A stretch of 64,000 nt of DNA from Octopus vulgaris (Eukaryota), in contig OX597827.1 in the NCBI GenBank assembly GCA_951406725.2, positions 69,750,001 through 69,814,000 of the forward strand, given 5' to 3'. A program made the translations under genes and the position numbers. Shown in pieces: positions 1-13,980 of this stretch. Position 1 is the stretch's first letter, and each line of letters opens with the position of its first letter. The notes under the pieces are model-generated. The model had not been told where the DNA came from, did not search any database, and worked only from the letters and a program-made list of their open reading frames with translations.

Positions 1-60
1 ACCCGGGCCGACCAACGCTTTGTGACCGGATTTGGCAGACAGAAACTGTGTGGAATCCCG

Positions 61-118
<58 letters not shown>

Positions 119-262
119 GTTATATGTGTGTGGGTGTGTGGGTGTTTGTTCTTTGATAACTTGACAACCGGTAATGGTTTGTTTACTTCCCCGTGTAGCA
201 GACTTATAACTAAGAACTGAGGGCGGTTAGACTACTAAACTCCTCAAGACACGGTCCCAGCA
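1..262 (+). mobile_element. SINE family A (tRNA-derived, internal microsatellite), partial diverged copy
   Basis: Matches the GGGCCGACCAAAGCCTTGTGAGTGGATTTGG...CTTGACAACCG...CCAGCATGG body of the full copies at 15772, 28088 and 40395. Confidence 0.75.
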
Positions 263-477
263 TGGGTAATTGGGTCATATTCCAAGATTGATTCACGGTT
301 GAGGATTTCAATTTCAGGAAGCATGAATTGCCATCCTGCTGGTTTCCACGGGCCATTCTGATCAATTCCAAAATAAAAAAAATAACCAATATTTATGTTG
401 ATTTACGTATCTCCCTTTACTAGTTATCTCCCCCTTAATTTTTATTTACTTTTTTAATATCACTAAACTGAGCAATT

Positions 478-795
478 ACCGGACGAAAGACACAGTCGAC
501 CTCGACGGAATTTGAACGCAGAGAGTAAAGACGGACGAAATGCCACTAAGCATTTTGTCTGGCGCCTTTATATAGTAATATCAGTTTCAGATTTTGACAC
601 AAGGCCAGCAATTTCAGGGGACGTGGTAAGTCGATTACATAAACCCCAGTACTCAACTCGTACTTATTTTATCGACCCCGAAAAGATGAAAGGCAAAGTC
701 GACACCGGCGGAATTTGAACTCAGAACATAAAAACGGACGAAATCCCGATAAGTATTTTCCCGGCGTGTTAACGATTTTGGCAGCTCGCCACCTT
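478..795 (-). mobile_element. SINE family B, one partial plus one full diverged copy
   Basis: Reverse complement of GAGTTCAAATTCCGCCGAGGTCGACTTTGCCTTTCATC...GGGGTCGATAAA, shared with many copies in the window. Confidence 0.8.
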
Positions 796-896
796 GTGGA
801 GATATAAATATCATAAATAAATACATTCTCTAACGATGAAATTAATTAAAAACTTAAGAACCAATCATCTTAGGTGTTTCGACATCTATGAATGAC

Positions 897-942
897 ACAC
901 CTGATGACGATGGGAGATGGAGCTTATCGAAATGCATTGTAC
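897..942 (+). ncRNA. Degenerate minimal hammerhead ribozyme motif
   Basis: CTGATGA 901-907; stem II GATGGG/CTTATC with G-U pairs; GAAA 929-932; palindromic ATGCAT; stem I only about 2 bp. Confidence 0.45.
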
Positions 943-1194
943 AATTCATAATCTTATTTTGTGAAGGGAACGAATTATATGGAAATGGCAGCGAGTCAAG
1001 GTGAAGTAAATTGCGACGGCGGTAAAACCAACAAGGAAATTCATCAGGAGACATTTCAATGCCAGATCTGTCAATGTCAGCATCTTCCCAGTCATCACAA
1101 ATTGGCCTTCACTATTATAGCCATCAGAGATTACAGACACAACAAGAAATATTAGACGCCTTCCTTGAGAAGTCTGCCCGGCTGCCAAGTGCGA

Positions 1195-1780
<586 letters not shown>

Positions 1781-2294
1781 GGAGGCGCAATGGCCCAGTG
1801 GTTAGAGCAGCGGACTCGCGGTCGTAAGAGCGCGGTTTCGATTCCCAGACCGGGCATTGTGAGTGTTTATTGAGCAAAAGCACCAAAGCCCCACGAGGCT
1901 CCGGCAGGGGGTGGTGGCAACCCCTGTTGTACTCTTTCACCTCAACTCTCTCTCACTCTTTCTTCCTACTTCTGCCACAAAGCAGAGGAACCATGGTGGT
2001 AAACTTTCAGACCCTAGTCTAGATTGCGAATCCTCTGTACCCCAAGGATGGTTCAGCTCTCCACCCGTTAAAAAGCCACCGTTTACGGAATGAGGATAAC
2101 AACGTAGCTTTCGCACCCGTGCAACCGCCAGTCTATCGCGTGTGGTGGGTGGATCTTCAAGTTGCCACACGCATTCTTAGTAGCTTAGAGTAGGCTCGAA
2201 TTAGAGATTATTCTTTGTGGCTAATGACGAGAGTCCTGATTGGAAGAAGAAGAAGAAGAAGAAGAAGAAGAAGAAGAAGAAGAAGAAGAAGAAG
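1781..2294 (+). mobile_element. SINE family C (tRNA head + CORE-like domain), tail type 1, ending in (GAA)n
   Basis: A box TGGCCCAGTGG, B box GGTTTCGATTCCC, TTATTGAGCAAAAGCACC core, unique ~270-bp tail, (GAA)n 2243-2294. Confidence 0.85.
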
Positions 2295-2366
2295 ACAACA
2301 ACAACATCAGTAACAGCAATAGCAACTACAGGAGCAGCAGTGGCAACGGTAGCAACAGCAGCAGCA

Positions 2367-2731
2367 GGAGGCACAATGGCCCAGTGGTTAGGGCAGCGGA
2401 CTTGCTGTCGGAGGATCGCGGTTTCGATTACCAGACCGGGCGTTGTGTGTGTTTATTGAGCGAAAACATCTAGTGCTCCACGAGGCTCCGGCAGGGGGTG
2501 GTGGCGACCCCTGTTGTACTCTTTCGCTCCAACTTTCTCTCGTTCTTTCTTCCTGTTTCTCGTCCCCGACCTCCTACGCGACAGCTGAGCCTGGATGCCC
2601 ATTCATCCATCCGTCGATGCTCTCGGTGTCGGGGGTTGACCTGCTTTCTCTTCTGCGGGTCTTACGAATAGCAAAGGACCACGTTTCGGACTTCTCCCAT
2701 CTTGCGAGCTCTGGGACGAAGACCGTTCGCT
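2367..2731 (+). mobile_element. SINE family C, tail type 2
   Basis: Same head and core as 1781 with an unrelated 3' tail; flanked by duplicated AGCAATAGCAACTACAGGAGC. Confidence 0.85.
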
Positions 2732-3039
2732 CAACAGCAACAGCAACAGCAGCAGCAGCAGCAGCAGCAGCAATAGCAACTACAGGAGCTGCAGTAGCAG
2801 CAGCAGCAGCAGCAGCAAAACTAACGACAGCAGCAGTAGTAGTAACAGTACCGGTTCAATGCTGATTGATCTGGTGGGTATCGATCCGTAAACCACGTCT
2901 CCATCACTTATAATCCTAAAACTGAGCCAATGAAGGAGCCTCTATGTGGACGCACGACAGACTAGAAATGGAAGCCAAATCTCATTTAAATCCTTTCCAG
3001 CTGTTAACCATTTAAACCCGGAAAGCGGATATCATTTCT

Positions 3040-3270
3040 CTTATTTGTTTCGGTCGTTGAACTGTGGCCATGCTGGTGCACCGCCTTGGAGGGTTTAACA
3101 GTCGAACAAATTGATCCCTATACTTTTTTTAATTCTGGTATTTATAATTTGAGTCTCTTTTGCTGAACTGCTAGGGTGACAGGGACGTAAACAAACCAAC
3201 ACCCCGGTTGACAAGCAGTGATAATGACAAATACGTTCTCACATACACACACACACACACACACACGTAC
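3040..3270 (-). mobile_element. SINE family A 3' half, diverged
   Basis: GGCCATGCTGGTGCACCGCC...GGGACGTAAACAAACC...(CA)n, antisense of the family A body. Confidence 0.7.
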
Positions 3271-3430
3271 GCACCTCTACATGTATATATTTCGTGTTAC
3301 TCTGAGAAGCGAATTACGGTACCAGAATTTTTGACTCGAGTCAAATACAACAGACTACTGCGAGTCGTTGCTAGAGTATCCACGTAAGCGGAGTCTGGAC
3401 CGGCCTGTTTGTACCAGCATCGAGTCGTAT

Positions 3431-3666
3431 AAGTTGCAATAATGAAGTCAAACCAAATAGTAACGCTTTGAAGTCATTTGATATATATGTTTCCGGTCTG
3501 CGCAATATATAATCCGAAAATGCATCCACTGCACAAGACCTTCTTGAGTTAAAGCATTGAGTAAGGCCTTGCATAATGGATGCATTTCAATTATATATTG
3601 CAGACTTGAAACGTGCGTATTAAAGGATTTCAAAAAGCCGCTAATTGGTTTAACTTCATTATTACA

Positions 3667-3670
<4 letters not shown>
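3431..3670. repeat. Diverged fold-back inverted repeat (~110-bp arms, 20-nt loop)
   Basis: AAGTTGCAATAATGAAGTCAAACCAA...AAGACCTT (3431-3542) is the reverse complement of AAGGCCTT...TTGGTTTAACTTCATTATTACAACTT (3563-3670). Confidence 0.85.
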
Positions 3671-3706
<36 letters not shown>

Positions 3707-3709
3707 CAT

Positions 3710-3845
3710 ACCAACCGCATGGGTCCCGTTTCATTTTTGTTACCGCGTGGCACCTTGGGCAAGTGTCTTCTACTATAGCATCGGGCTGGCCAAAGCCTTG
3801 TAAGTGGATTTAGTAGACGGAAACTGAAAGAAGCCTGTCACGCAC

Positions 3846-3917
<72 letters not shown>

Positions 3918-4470
3918 TTTACTACCCACAAGGGGCTAAACACAGAGGGGATAAACAAGGACAGACAAACGGATTAAGTCGATTATATCGATACCAGTGC
4001 GTAACTGGTACTTAGTTTATCGACCCCGAAAGGATGAAAGGCAAAGTCGACCTCGGCGGAATTTGAACTCAGAACATAACGGCAGACGAAATACGGCTAC
4101 GCATTTCGCCCGGCGTGCTAACGTTTCTGCCAGCTCGCCGCCTTACAATATATGTATGTATTCATGCATGTATGCTTATATAGTGTGTATGTGTGTGTTT
4201 GAGTGTGTGTGCGTGTGTGCATGTGTGCGTGTGTGTGCATGTGTGCGTGTGTGTGTATGCTTGTGTGTCAGTGTTTGTCCTCCTACCATCCCTTGACAAC
4301 CGAAATTAGTGTGTTTACGTCCTCGTAACTTAGCAGTTCGGCAAAAGTGACCGATAGGCTTACAAAGAATAATTCCTGGGGGGGGGGGATGCGATTTGTT
4401 CGACGAATGGCGGCGCTCCAGCCAGCATGGCTGCGGTCAAATGACCGAAACAGATAAAAAGAATAATAAA
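3710..4470. mobile_element. SINE family A (+) split by a full SINE family B copy (-, 3915-4143) inside its microsatellite
   Basis: A 5' part 3710-3843, (TA)n, antisense B copy, (TG)n, A 3' part 4265-4465. Confidence 0.85.
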
Positions 4471-4814
4471 CAAAGTGTGAAACAAAACAAAACAAAAAAA
4501 AAATTAAAAAGAAAGAAAGAAAGAAAGAAAGAAATGCAATGCAGGCAAAGAACCAAACGCCATAAGGAAAAGAAACATGTGGTTGGACAAGAAACATTAG
4601 TATTTGCAACATCTTTCGGCTGTAAGCTATATACAATAACAAATCGGTTCAGCCCGCCCACCCACCCCTTCCACCGAAATCCGTAGTAGTAGCACTGAAG
4701 ACGCAACAACGTATTTGGTGAACAACTTTGAGACGAGGACAAGTAAAATAACATCGTACCATCGCCAAGTCTAGCGTATAAAAACATTGATTAGGTTTTA
4801 TGGACAGTGGTTTG

Positions 4815-5091
4815 TTATCATCATCATCATCAACATCTTTTCTTCTTCTTCTTCTTCTTCTTCTTCTTCTTCTTCTTCTTCTTCTTCTACTTGTTTTTCT
4901 TCTTCTTCTTCTTCTTCTTCTTCTTCTTCTCCTTCTCCTTCTTCTCCTTCTTCTTCTTCTTCTTCTTCTTCTTCTTCTTCTTCTTCTTCTTCTTCTTCTT
5001 CTTCTTCTTCTTCTTCCTTTTCTTCTTCTTCTTCTTCTTCTTCTTCTTCTTCCTTTTTTTCTTCTTCTTCTTTTTCTTCTTCTCATCGTCG

Positions 5092-5143
<52 letters not shown>

Positions 5144-5221
5144 TATTATTATTATTATTATTATTATTACTACTACTACTATTATTATTATTATTATTAT
5201 TATTATTACTACTACTACTAC

Positions 5222-5262
<41 letters not shown>

Positions 5263-6111
5263 TCATGTTCTTGTTTTAGCTTCCGAGACTTATCAATTCA
5301 AATTCTGTACCACAGATCGATAAAGAATACAGATTAATTTATTAGCAACAAAGAACGGGAGGAAGGCGAGTAAGAGAGAGAGAGAAAGGGGAGTAAGAGA
5401 GGAAAAGTGAGGGAGAGAAAGAGAAGAGGATAGGAGACAGTGGAGAAAAGAGAGGGAATAGGAGGTGCAGTGGGTGCAAAGGAGGTGGTGCAGAAAATGA
5501 AGGAAGAAGATGAAGAAGAAGAGGCGGAAGAAGAAGAAGAAGAGGAGGAGGAGGAAGAAGAAGAAGAGGAGGAAGAAGAAGAGGAGGAGGAAGAAGAAGA
5601 GGATGAGGAGGAAGAAGAAGAAGAAGAAGAGGAGGAGGAGGAAGAAGAAGAAGAAGACGACGACGAAGAAGTGGAAGAAGAAGAAAAAGAAAAGTTGGAA
5701 GAAAAAAAGAAGGAGGAAGAAGGGGAAGAAGAAGTGGAAGAGGAAGAAGAAAAAGAAGAAATTGGAAGAAGAAGAAGAAGAAGAAGAAGAAGAAGAAGAA
5801 GAAGAAGAGATGACAAAGAAATGTAGAACAAAGAAAAAAGTTTCACTCCTGAATTGTTTTCATTCATTTGTTATTTTTTCTTGTCTTTTTTTCCTGTTTA
5901 TTTTCGCGCGCCCTTTTCTTTTGCTGGATCATCAACATTATCAGGATCATGATCAATCACCACCACCATCATCGTCACTACCACCGCCACCACCACCACC
6001 ACCACCACCACCATCATCATCATTATCATCATCAGCATCGTCACCTCTAGGGGCCGTCATTTCTTCCCCTCCTCCTCCTCGTTGCTATCACTGTTCTTCT
6101 TTCACTTCTTT

Positions 6112-6200
<89 letters not shown>
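4815..6200. repeat. Compound trinucleotide arrays (TCA)(TCT)(TCA)(TTA/CTA), (GAA/GAG), (CCA), (CTA)
   Basis: Direct reading; source of the poly-S/L/F/R/E/K/T ORFs. Confidence 0.97.
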
Positions 6201-6201
<1 letters not shown>

Positions 6202-6261
6202 ATCTACTTCTTCCGTTCTCCTTCTTGATCACATATCTTAGCCTGTAATCGCCTTACCCTC

Positions 6262-6307
<46 letters not shown>

Positions 6308-6427
6308 AAGAGCAAAAAAACAAAAACAACCAAAATAAAAAAAAAATCGTAGAACCCTACTTGAAACTGAGTAAGCTCCGGCCACCTAACGTCACTAACG
6401 TAACGGAATATTTATTGCGAGCCAACG

Positions 6428-6796
6428 AGTGAGCGAGAGAAAGGAAGAAGAGATAGAAGTAGGGAGGGAGGGAAGTAGAGAAGGAGGGATGAAGAGAGGG
6501 AGGGAAGAAGAGAGAGAGAAGAGTGGGAGGGAAGAAGAGAATGAAGGAAAAGAAGAGGAGGAAGGAGAGAGGGAGGAAAGAAGGGGGAGAGAAGAAGAGA
6601 GAGAGGGAAGAAGAGAGGGAGATAAGAAGAGAGAGAGAGGGAAGAAGAGAGGGAGGGAAGAAGAGAGAGAGAGGGAAGAAGAGAGGGAGATAAGAAGAGA
6701 GAGAGGGAAGAAGAGAATGAAGAAAAAAAAGAGGAGGAAGAACAGAGGGAGGAAAGAAGAGGGAGAGAAGAAGAGAAGGAGGGAAGAAGTGAGAGA
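6428..6796. repeat. Polypurine (GA-rich) tract
   Basis: Almost purely A/G, with GAGAGGGAAGAA-type units. Confidence 0.95.
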
Positions 6797-7383
6797 CATC
6801 TCTGTCTATATATCTACCGTCTTTATAATGTTATCAATTGATATGAAAATATCTATATGTATTAATGGAAAACCTCTATAAGTGTCTGATGATTGCTCAA
6901 CATTTTAAAACTGTTGTAATACTTACAATGTTTAATAAAATGATGTAGCGTGAAACGATCGTACTAAATTACCGAAGATATTTTTGTTGCTTATTTTGAT
7001 TATAATCACCCCATGGATTTATATAGGTGACACCATACAAAATTCTGGTGCATCTAACTTAAGTACCATATTCATTTGAATCTAAATTTTGCTGAACTTA
7101 TATATATGCATATACATACACACACACACACATATATATATATAAATTAAGATCGGGAGTCAGAGATTTACACATCCAAGTTTTAGTATACAGTTAATCA
7201 CATATTTCTTTGTCAGGACCTCCGCACCTGCATGCAGGTGCACACTGTAATGCGTGCATCTTGGTGTTAATTATCGTTGCAGCTTCAACAGGGTCTGATT
7301 TTACTGTTGGTCAGATATCATCTGAATAGGGGTTAGCCAGCATTGTAAACCGATAAGATCGAATACAGTGCCTGCTAGGGTTA

Positions 7384-7778
<395 letters not shown>

Positions 7779-8559
7779 ATCACAGCGAATTGAAGGCCCG
7801 GGAACTATGTAGAACACATGTTTTCAAAGTACCGTGCAATGAGACTGAACTCAAAGCTACATGGTTGCAATCAGACCTTTCTCATTACACAGCCATGAAA
7901 CAACAGAACAGATCACTGCGCTATTTCTCGCAGAAGATTGTCTTGGAACCCAAACAGCTAAAGAAAGCCACAAGAGACACAGGAATAGCAATGACAGCTA
8001 AGACAAGTTCAAGGTGGCTGCCCTGCTGCCCTGCTTCCTTTAAATTGCTGTCCTTGTGCGTACATCGGAAACCATTAATTTTGTAATAAAAGTTCGCGTT
8101 GATAAAGTTTCAAACGCTCAGTGAAGCGCCATTGATATTCGTCGTACGAAAATTTTACGGACTCACTAACCTCATTAGATGAAAATGTTGTACTACGTTT
8201 CTATGTACATGATCAGTAATAATACACCAATACGCCTGATGATGATGATACGAGGGAAGGCCATCACCAAAAGAAATGTAGTGCTATTAAAACTACATAC
8301 ATGAAAGACGAAATGAATAACCCGGAAAGATTCGTCACCGTTGTCTTTTATTAGTTTTTTTTTTCTTTTGTAGTCTATTATTTTCGGATTTAAGTTCGTT
8401 TCTGACGTTGGCACAGGTTATATGGTTTTTTTTTTCTTGCTCGTTTCTTTTCTTTCGTTGATAAATCAACAATTACAAAATTTTAAAAAATGTATAACAA
8501 AACGGGACAAGACTACAAGTCAACAACGATTAATACTAGAGCACGCAAAGAAAGGTAGT

Positions 8560-9290
8560 GTGCAGGCAGAAACGTTAGCACGCCGGGCGAAATGCTTAGC
8601 GGTATTTCGTCTGCCGTTACGTTCTGAGTTCAAATTCCGCCGAGGTCGACTTTGCCTTTCATTCTTTCGGGGTCGATAAATAAGTACCAGTTACGCTCTG
8701 AGGTCGATATAATCGACTTAATCCGTTTGTCTGTCCTTGTTTGTCCCCTCTATGGGCAGTAACGAAATAGGTATTTCGTCTGCCGATACGTTCTGATTTC
8801 AAATTCCGCCGAGGTCGACTTTGCCTTTCATCCTTTCGGGGTTGATAAATTAAGTACCAGTTACGCACTGGGATCGATATAATCGACTTAATCCGTTTGT
8901 TTGTCTTTGTTTGTCCCCTCTATGGGTAGTAAAGAAATAGGTATTTCGTCTGCCGTTACGTTCTGAGTACAAATTCCGCCGAGGTCGACTTTGCCTTTCA
9001 TCCTTTCGGGGTCGATATAACCGACTTAATCCGTTTGTCTGTCTTTGTTTGTCCCCTCTGTGTGTAGCCCCTTGTGGGCAATAAAGAAATAAGAATCGTT
9101 AGCGCGCCGGACATAAATGCTCACGGCATTTCGTCTGTCTTTACGTTCGGAGTTCGAATGCTGCCGAAGTCGACTTTATATTTCATCCTTTCGGGCTCGA
9201 TAAATTAAGCACCAGCTGAATACTGGAGCCGATGTAATCGACTTTATCCCACCCCCGAAATTGCTGGCTTTGTTCCAAAATTTGAAATCG
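8560..9290 (+). mobile_element. Tandem array of SINE family B (three ~170-bp units plus a diverged fourth)
   Basis: GTATTTCGTCTGCCG units begin at 8602, 8771 and 8941; diverged copy about 9095-9290. Confidence 0.9.
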
Positions 9291-9554
9291 ATATTAAAGC
9301 ACAAACACACACACACACACACACACGCACGCTCGGTGTAAAACTAAATGTGAATGTATTTTGAGTAGGAAGAAAACAATTGCCGGAAAGCAGAGACGGA
9401 ACAAATGAACGAAGACAAAATGTTTGAAGCGAGATGTTCGTAAGAATTGCGCACATGTCAAAAACCTCGCAACTAGCGCGAAATTTATATCTCACTAAAT
9501 AATGATGTCATGCTTGAGATACACTTTACACACACACGCACACACACATACACA

Positions 9555-9606
<52 letters not shown>

Positions 9607-9778
9607 TTATACGTATGCATTTATACATATGCACACGTACATACTTTCAAGTATTGTGGAAAATAAGTTTTTTTTTCCCTTGTGAAGGTTACAAAACTAT
9701 TTTTCAATTATCATGATGAGAAAATATGTTTTATTACAGAAAGCAGTGGGCGACTGGCAGAGAGAATATTTGCCATAT

Positions 9779-9818
<40 letters not shown>

Positions 9819-10132
9819 CTATATCTATATCTATTTACATACATGAATACATACATACGTATGCATTAATATACAGAGAAATGCACGATTTCAGGCGTGA
9901 GCCTACATGATTGCCTGATAACACAAGGCACGCTATACAAGCTCATCCGACCATTGTATTATCAGAGGCATGAAACTTATAGTAGTTCGAACTTACATTA
10001 AATTACTTCCTAGTGTATTAAATGATATTCAACTCCAACTGCATGGAATACTTCCTTTTTGCTAATCCAACCAATAACAGACCAGTGTACCGCACTCACA
10101 CATGCTTATACATACATACATACATACATACA

Positions 10133-10167
<35 letters not shown>

Positions 10168-10186
10168 GTATGTATGTATATATATG

Positions 10187-10220
<34 letters not shown>

Positions 10221-10231
10221 TATATATACAC

Positions 10232-10383
10232 AAAGGGCTTCTTTCAGTTTCTTTTTACCAAATCCACTCGCAAGGCTTTGGTCAGCCCGAGGCTATAGTA
10301 GAAGACACTTGCCCAAGGTGTCACGCAGTGGGACTGAACCCGGAACCATGTGGCTGGTAAGCAAGTCACTTACCACACAGCCA
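10232..10383 (-). mobile_element. SINE family A 5' half
   Basis: Antisense of the GGCTGTGTGGTAAG...GGGTTCAGTCCCACTGCG head. Confidence 0.85.
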
Positions 10384-10994
10384 TACAAAAAATAGCTTTC
10401 CCTTAGACAGCTAGATGTGCGTAAAAATATAAGTACTGTAATATTCCTATATGAAAACTGCAAACTTAGGAGTTTCTTCTCGGTCTCTTGTTGATATATC
10501 AATAATAATTATAACTACGAAAGAAACAGCAACACACGTCCATGAGCGGTGTTCGGTTAAAAAAGGTAAAGGTGATAAAAACGAACCCATAACAAAACCA
10601 ACCAAAAGAGAAAGAACGGTGGAGAGATAACCATAAATACTATGAAATATTTGATTTATAATTTACACAGACTACTATGCAACCCTCTTCGAAAAATATA
10701 CAGGGGTAAACTCATACCGTAATTACCCAACAAAATGAAGAAAGCCCTCAATATGTGCCATAGAAAGCCGATACCCAACAGAAGAACACAACCTTCACTG
10801 CACGAACAACACACGATACAAAAACTGATATAACAAAAGATTCAAACCAAACCACATAACAAAACATGCTGGTATAATATCTTCCCCAACCCCCACAAAA
10901 AGTGCGGCACACTCCACCCCACCAGCACAAAAGTGCAACAAATGATGCAATAGAAAGTTGCTTGAAACTATCAGATGTCGATAAATAATAGTGG

Positions 10995-13934
10995 TGATGA
11001 CGTTGGTGATGAACGTTGTCTTACCTCAGTTTATGAGAGACAGGAGTTTCCGAAGATACTCTGGTTGTATCAGAGAAAATGAAGCTGGACCTTTAAGGGA
11101 AGGCCTCTCGCTCGGCAGTGGTTCACTAAAGATGCAGACTGACCGCAGCTGTTCTACAAATACAGCATCAGCAGATAATAGAGCAAAGAGGAGTAAGTGG
11201 ACCAGCGAAGAAAACAGTGCTACTTAGAAATTGAACCTAAAAGAAGGGGTTATAGAAAACGGATGTTAACACTTTGGGTTGAGAAGGGTATGTTTAAAGT
11301 GACTGCGCAGAGATTAGTAGATCAACCTAATGCTATTAAGAGAAGAAGGATGATAGAATTGGGAGTAGAAAAGACCACAAGGGAACTGGAAAAGAAAAGC
11401 CAGGCAGTAGGAAAGAAAAAAAACAACATAAGGGATACAGCTCAAACCAAATGGTTTTTGGTTATCAATATCTCGAAAGTTGTCTTTTCATTGAAACCCA
11501 CATTTCTCTACGTTGCACGATATTCTCTTTGCTCTATTTACTGAGCGCTAACTTATTGTTCTGAGTAGGAAATTCCTTTCCTTCTATTTTCTTAATACAG
11601 TTCTACATTTAAGAGATGAGGAACTGTGTACATTAGAACCTAAAGGAAAAAATGATAGCGTTACCAATATGGAATGGACAACTGGCACCAGCGACTTAAG
11701 TGATTTAAGTGTGGAATGTTAGAAGATTTTAGATGGGTTGCAGGAAGTAAGGAGTAAAGAAGTAAGGAAAAACTTGCCAGCATTAAAAGGCACCAACAGA
11801 AGGAAGCTACAAGATATGACCAGGAAAGTAGATTCTGCTATCAGTAGGATAGATACTAAAAATATAGGAGACACTATCTTATTGATCTATGCAGGAGGGG
11901 CAGTAGTCACCAGAAGATTAGATATCTCACAGGGAAAGATTAAAAAAGAGCAAATGTGAAAAAGGAGACTACAAAATAAAATGAAGACTTTAAGACAAGA
12001 TCTGAGCAGAATAGAAGCCTAGAAAACAAACAAGTTAGGAAACACAAGATGCAAATCTTCCCTTGAGAAAAGATATTTAGTCAAAGAGAAAGGATAAGAG
12101 CGTATCACAGCAGTAGCAGGCAAGATCTCCAGATATCAGAAAAGAATAGATCAGTATCTATAGAATAGATTATTTGAGACAGATCAGAGGAGATTTTATA
12201 ACCAAATAGATAGTGGAGAACGAAGTCCTGAAGATGAGAAAACTAATGCAGAAGAATCTAGAAAGTTCTGGAGTAATTTTTGGGATAAGCCAGTCAATCA
12301 TAATGGAAATGCAGTATGATTAAAGAAAGTGAGGGAAGAAATAGTGAGTGAGAAGCAGCCAGATCTAAGATTAACTAGTGCATTTATGAGTAAAGTATTA
12401 GGAAAAATGCCCAATTGGAAGGGCCAAGGACCAGATTTACTTCAAGGGTACTAGCTAAAGAAATTTAGTAGTTTACATTGGAGGCTGAGGGAACAACTTC
12501 AGGATTGCCTTAATGGAGGAGTAATACCAAACTGGATGACTAGAGGGAGGGCAATACTCCTTATGAAAGATAAGAGTAAGGGTAATACAGCTAGTGACTA
12601 TAGACCAATCACTTGTTTACCATTAGTGTGGAAGCTGTTAACAGGAATTCCTTTAACAGTGGGGAAGCTGTTAAAACAGGAAAGCATTTACGAGCACCTT
12701 GACAACCAGAATTTACAGCCAGAAGAATAAAAAGGTTGCAAGAAGAAGGCCAGAAGAACGCATGATCTATTATACATAGACAAAGTAGTTTTAAATTAAG
12801 TAAAAGCTAGAAAGAGAAATCCAACAAGAGCCTGGATAGCTTATGACATGAAAGCCTATGACATGATCCCACACTCATGGATAAGTGAATGTTTGAGTAT
12901 ATTCAGTATAGCAGACAACATAAAACATGCTTTGGCATGAAGAAATGGAAAGTAGATCTCTACTCAGGTGACACACTCTTAGAGGAAGTTAATATCAAAA
13001 AAGGAATTTACCAGGGAGACTCGTTGTCCCCATTAATAATTGCCTTATGTTTGATCCCCCTCAGTTTAGTATTAAGGAAAGCAAAAGTAGGGTAACAGCT
13101 CAGAAATAGTAAGAGAAAAATTACTTTTTAGTAAGAATGAAAAAGCTTTTTAGTAAGAATGAAAAAGAGATAGATTCCCAAAGACAGTAGTAGTGAGACA
13201 TGGCTATGGTTGCAGAAAGGAAACCTGAAAAGGGAGACAGAGTTTGTTAGTAGCTGCAAACGACCAAGCATTAAGGACTAATTGAGTAAAAGCCCAGATA
13301 GACAAAATCAAGTTGATTTCCAATTTAGGTTATGCAAATCAAAAGAGGAAAGCGTTACTCACATAGTAAGTGAATGAAGCATGCTGGCACAGAATGAATA
13401 CAAGAAAAGACATGACAACCCAAAGGAGAGTAATCCACTGGGAGTTATGTATAAAGGATTTGAACATACTGATAAATGGTATGAATATGAATCTAGTAAA
13501 GTACTAGAATGTAAGAAATATAAGATGCTGTGGGACTTTAACATTCAGACAGACAGAGTAATAGAAACTAGAAGGCCTGATTTAATAGTAGCAGACAGAA
13601 AGAATAGAACGTGCTTATAATTGACTTTACAGTCCTAAAATGATGAAAACGTTAATATGAGAAGTATAGAAAAAATAGCAAAGTACCAGAGCCTAGCTAT
13701 TGAATTACAGGGACTATGGGAAATGGGAGTAAAGTGTATCCCAGTAGTTATAGGTGCATTGGGAACTATCCCTAAAGATGTGAACGGATGGATATAGGAA
13801 ATAGGCATGAAACCCAGTTTAGTTCAGCTCCAGAAAACAGTGTTATTAGGGACAGCTAGGATACTGAGAAGGGTTCTTGGCATTTAAGGTTACTTGTAGC
13901 CAGATGTCAGTTTAATCTGTTGTGTGTATATGAA

Positions 13935-13973
<39 letters not shown>
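10995..13973 (+). mobile_element. R4/Dong-clade non-LTR retrotransposon (RT + restriction-like endonuclease), decayed
   Basis: Translated motifs GYRKRM..W.EKGMF..QRLVDQ, YRPITCLPLVWKLLTG, AYDMIPHSW, GIYQGDSLSPL, degenerate zinc knuckle (CKSKEESVTHIVSE), KKRHD, RPDLIV, EKIAKY, IPVVIGALGTIP; (TAA)n tail; many stops and frameshifts; candidate TSD AATAA(T/C)AGTGG at 10984-10994 and 13974-13984. Confidence 0.9.

Positions 13974-13980
<7 letters not shown>

Noticed and set aside
946-1188. Minus-strand ORF with a MULE-like C.FH motif
   Set aside because: Single short motif with no other transposase features. A weak inverted similarity between about 900-940 and 1057-1097 was also too poor to call.
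1781-1855. tRNA gene calls at SINE heads
   Set aside because: A and B boxes are present but the heads continue into SINE cores with TSDs; no complete cloverleaf or terminator.
8171-8283. Possible minus-strand exon (HYISFGDGLPSY...HLMR|gttagt)
   Set aside because: Plausible splice sites but no recognisable product or partner exon.
8602-9090. CRISPR-like regularly spaced repeats
   Set aside because: Whole ~170-bp units repeat, with no unique spacers; eukaryotic SINE concatemer.
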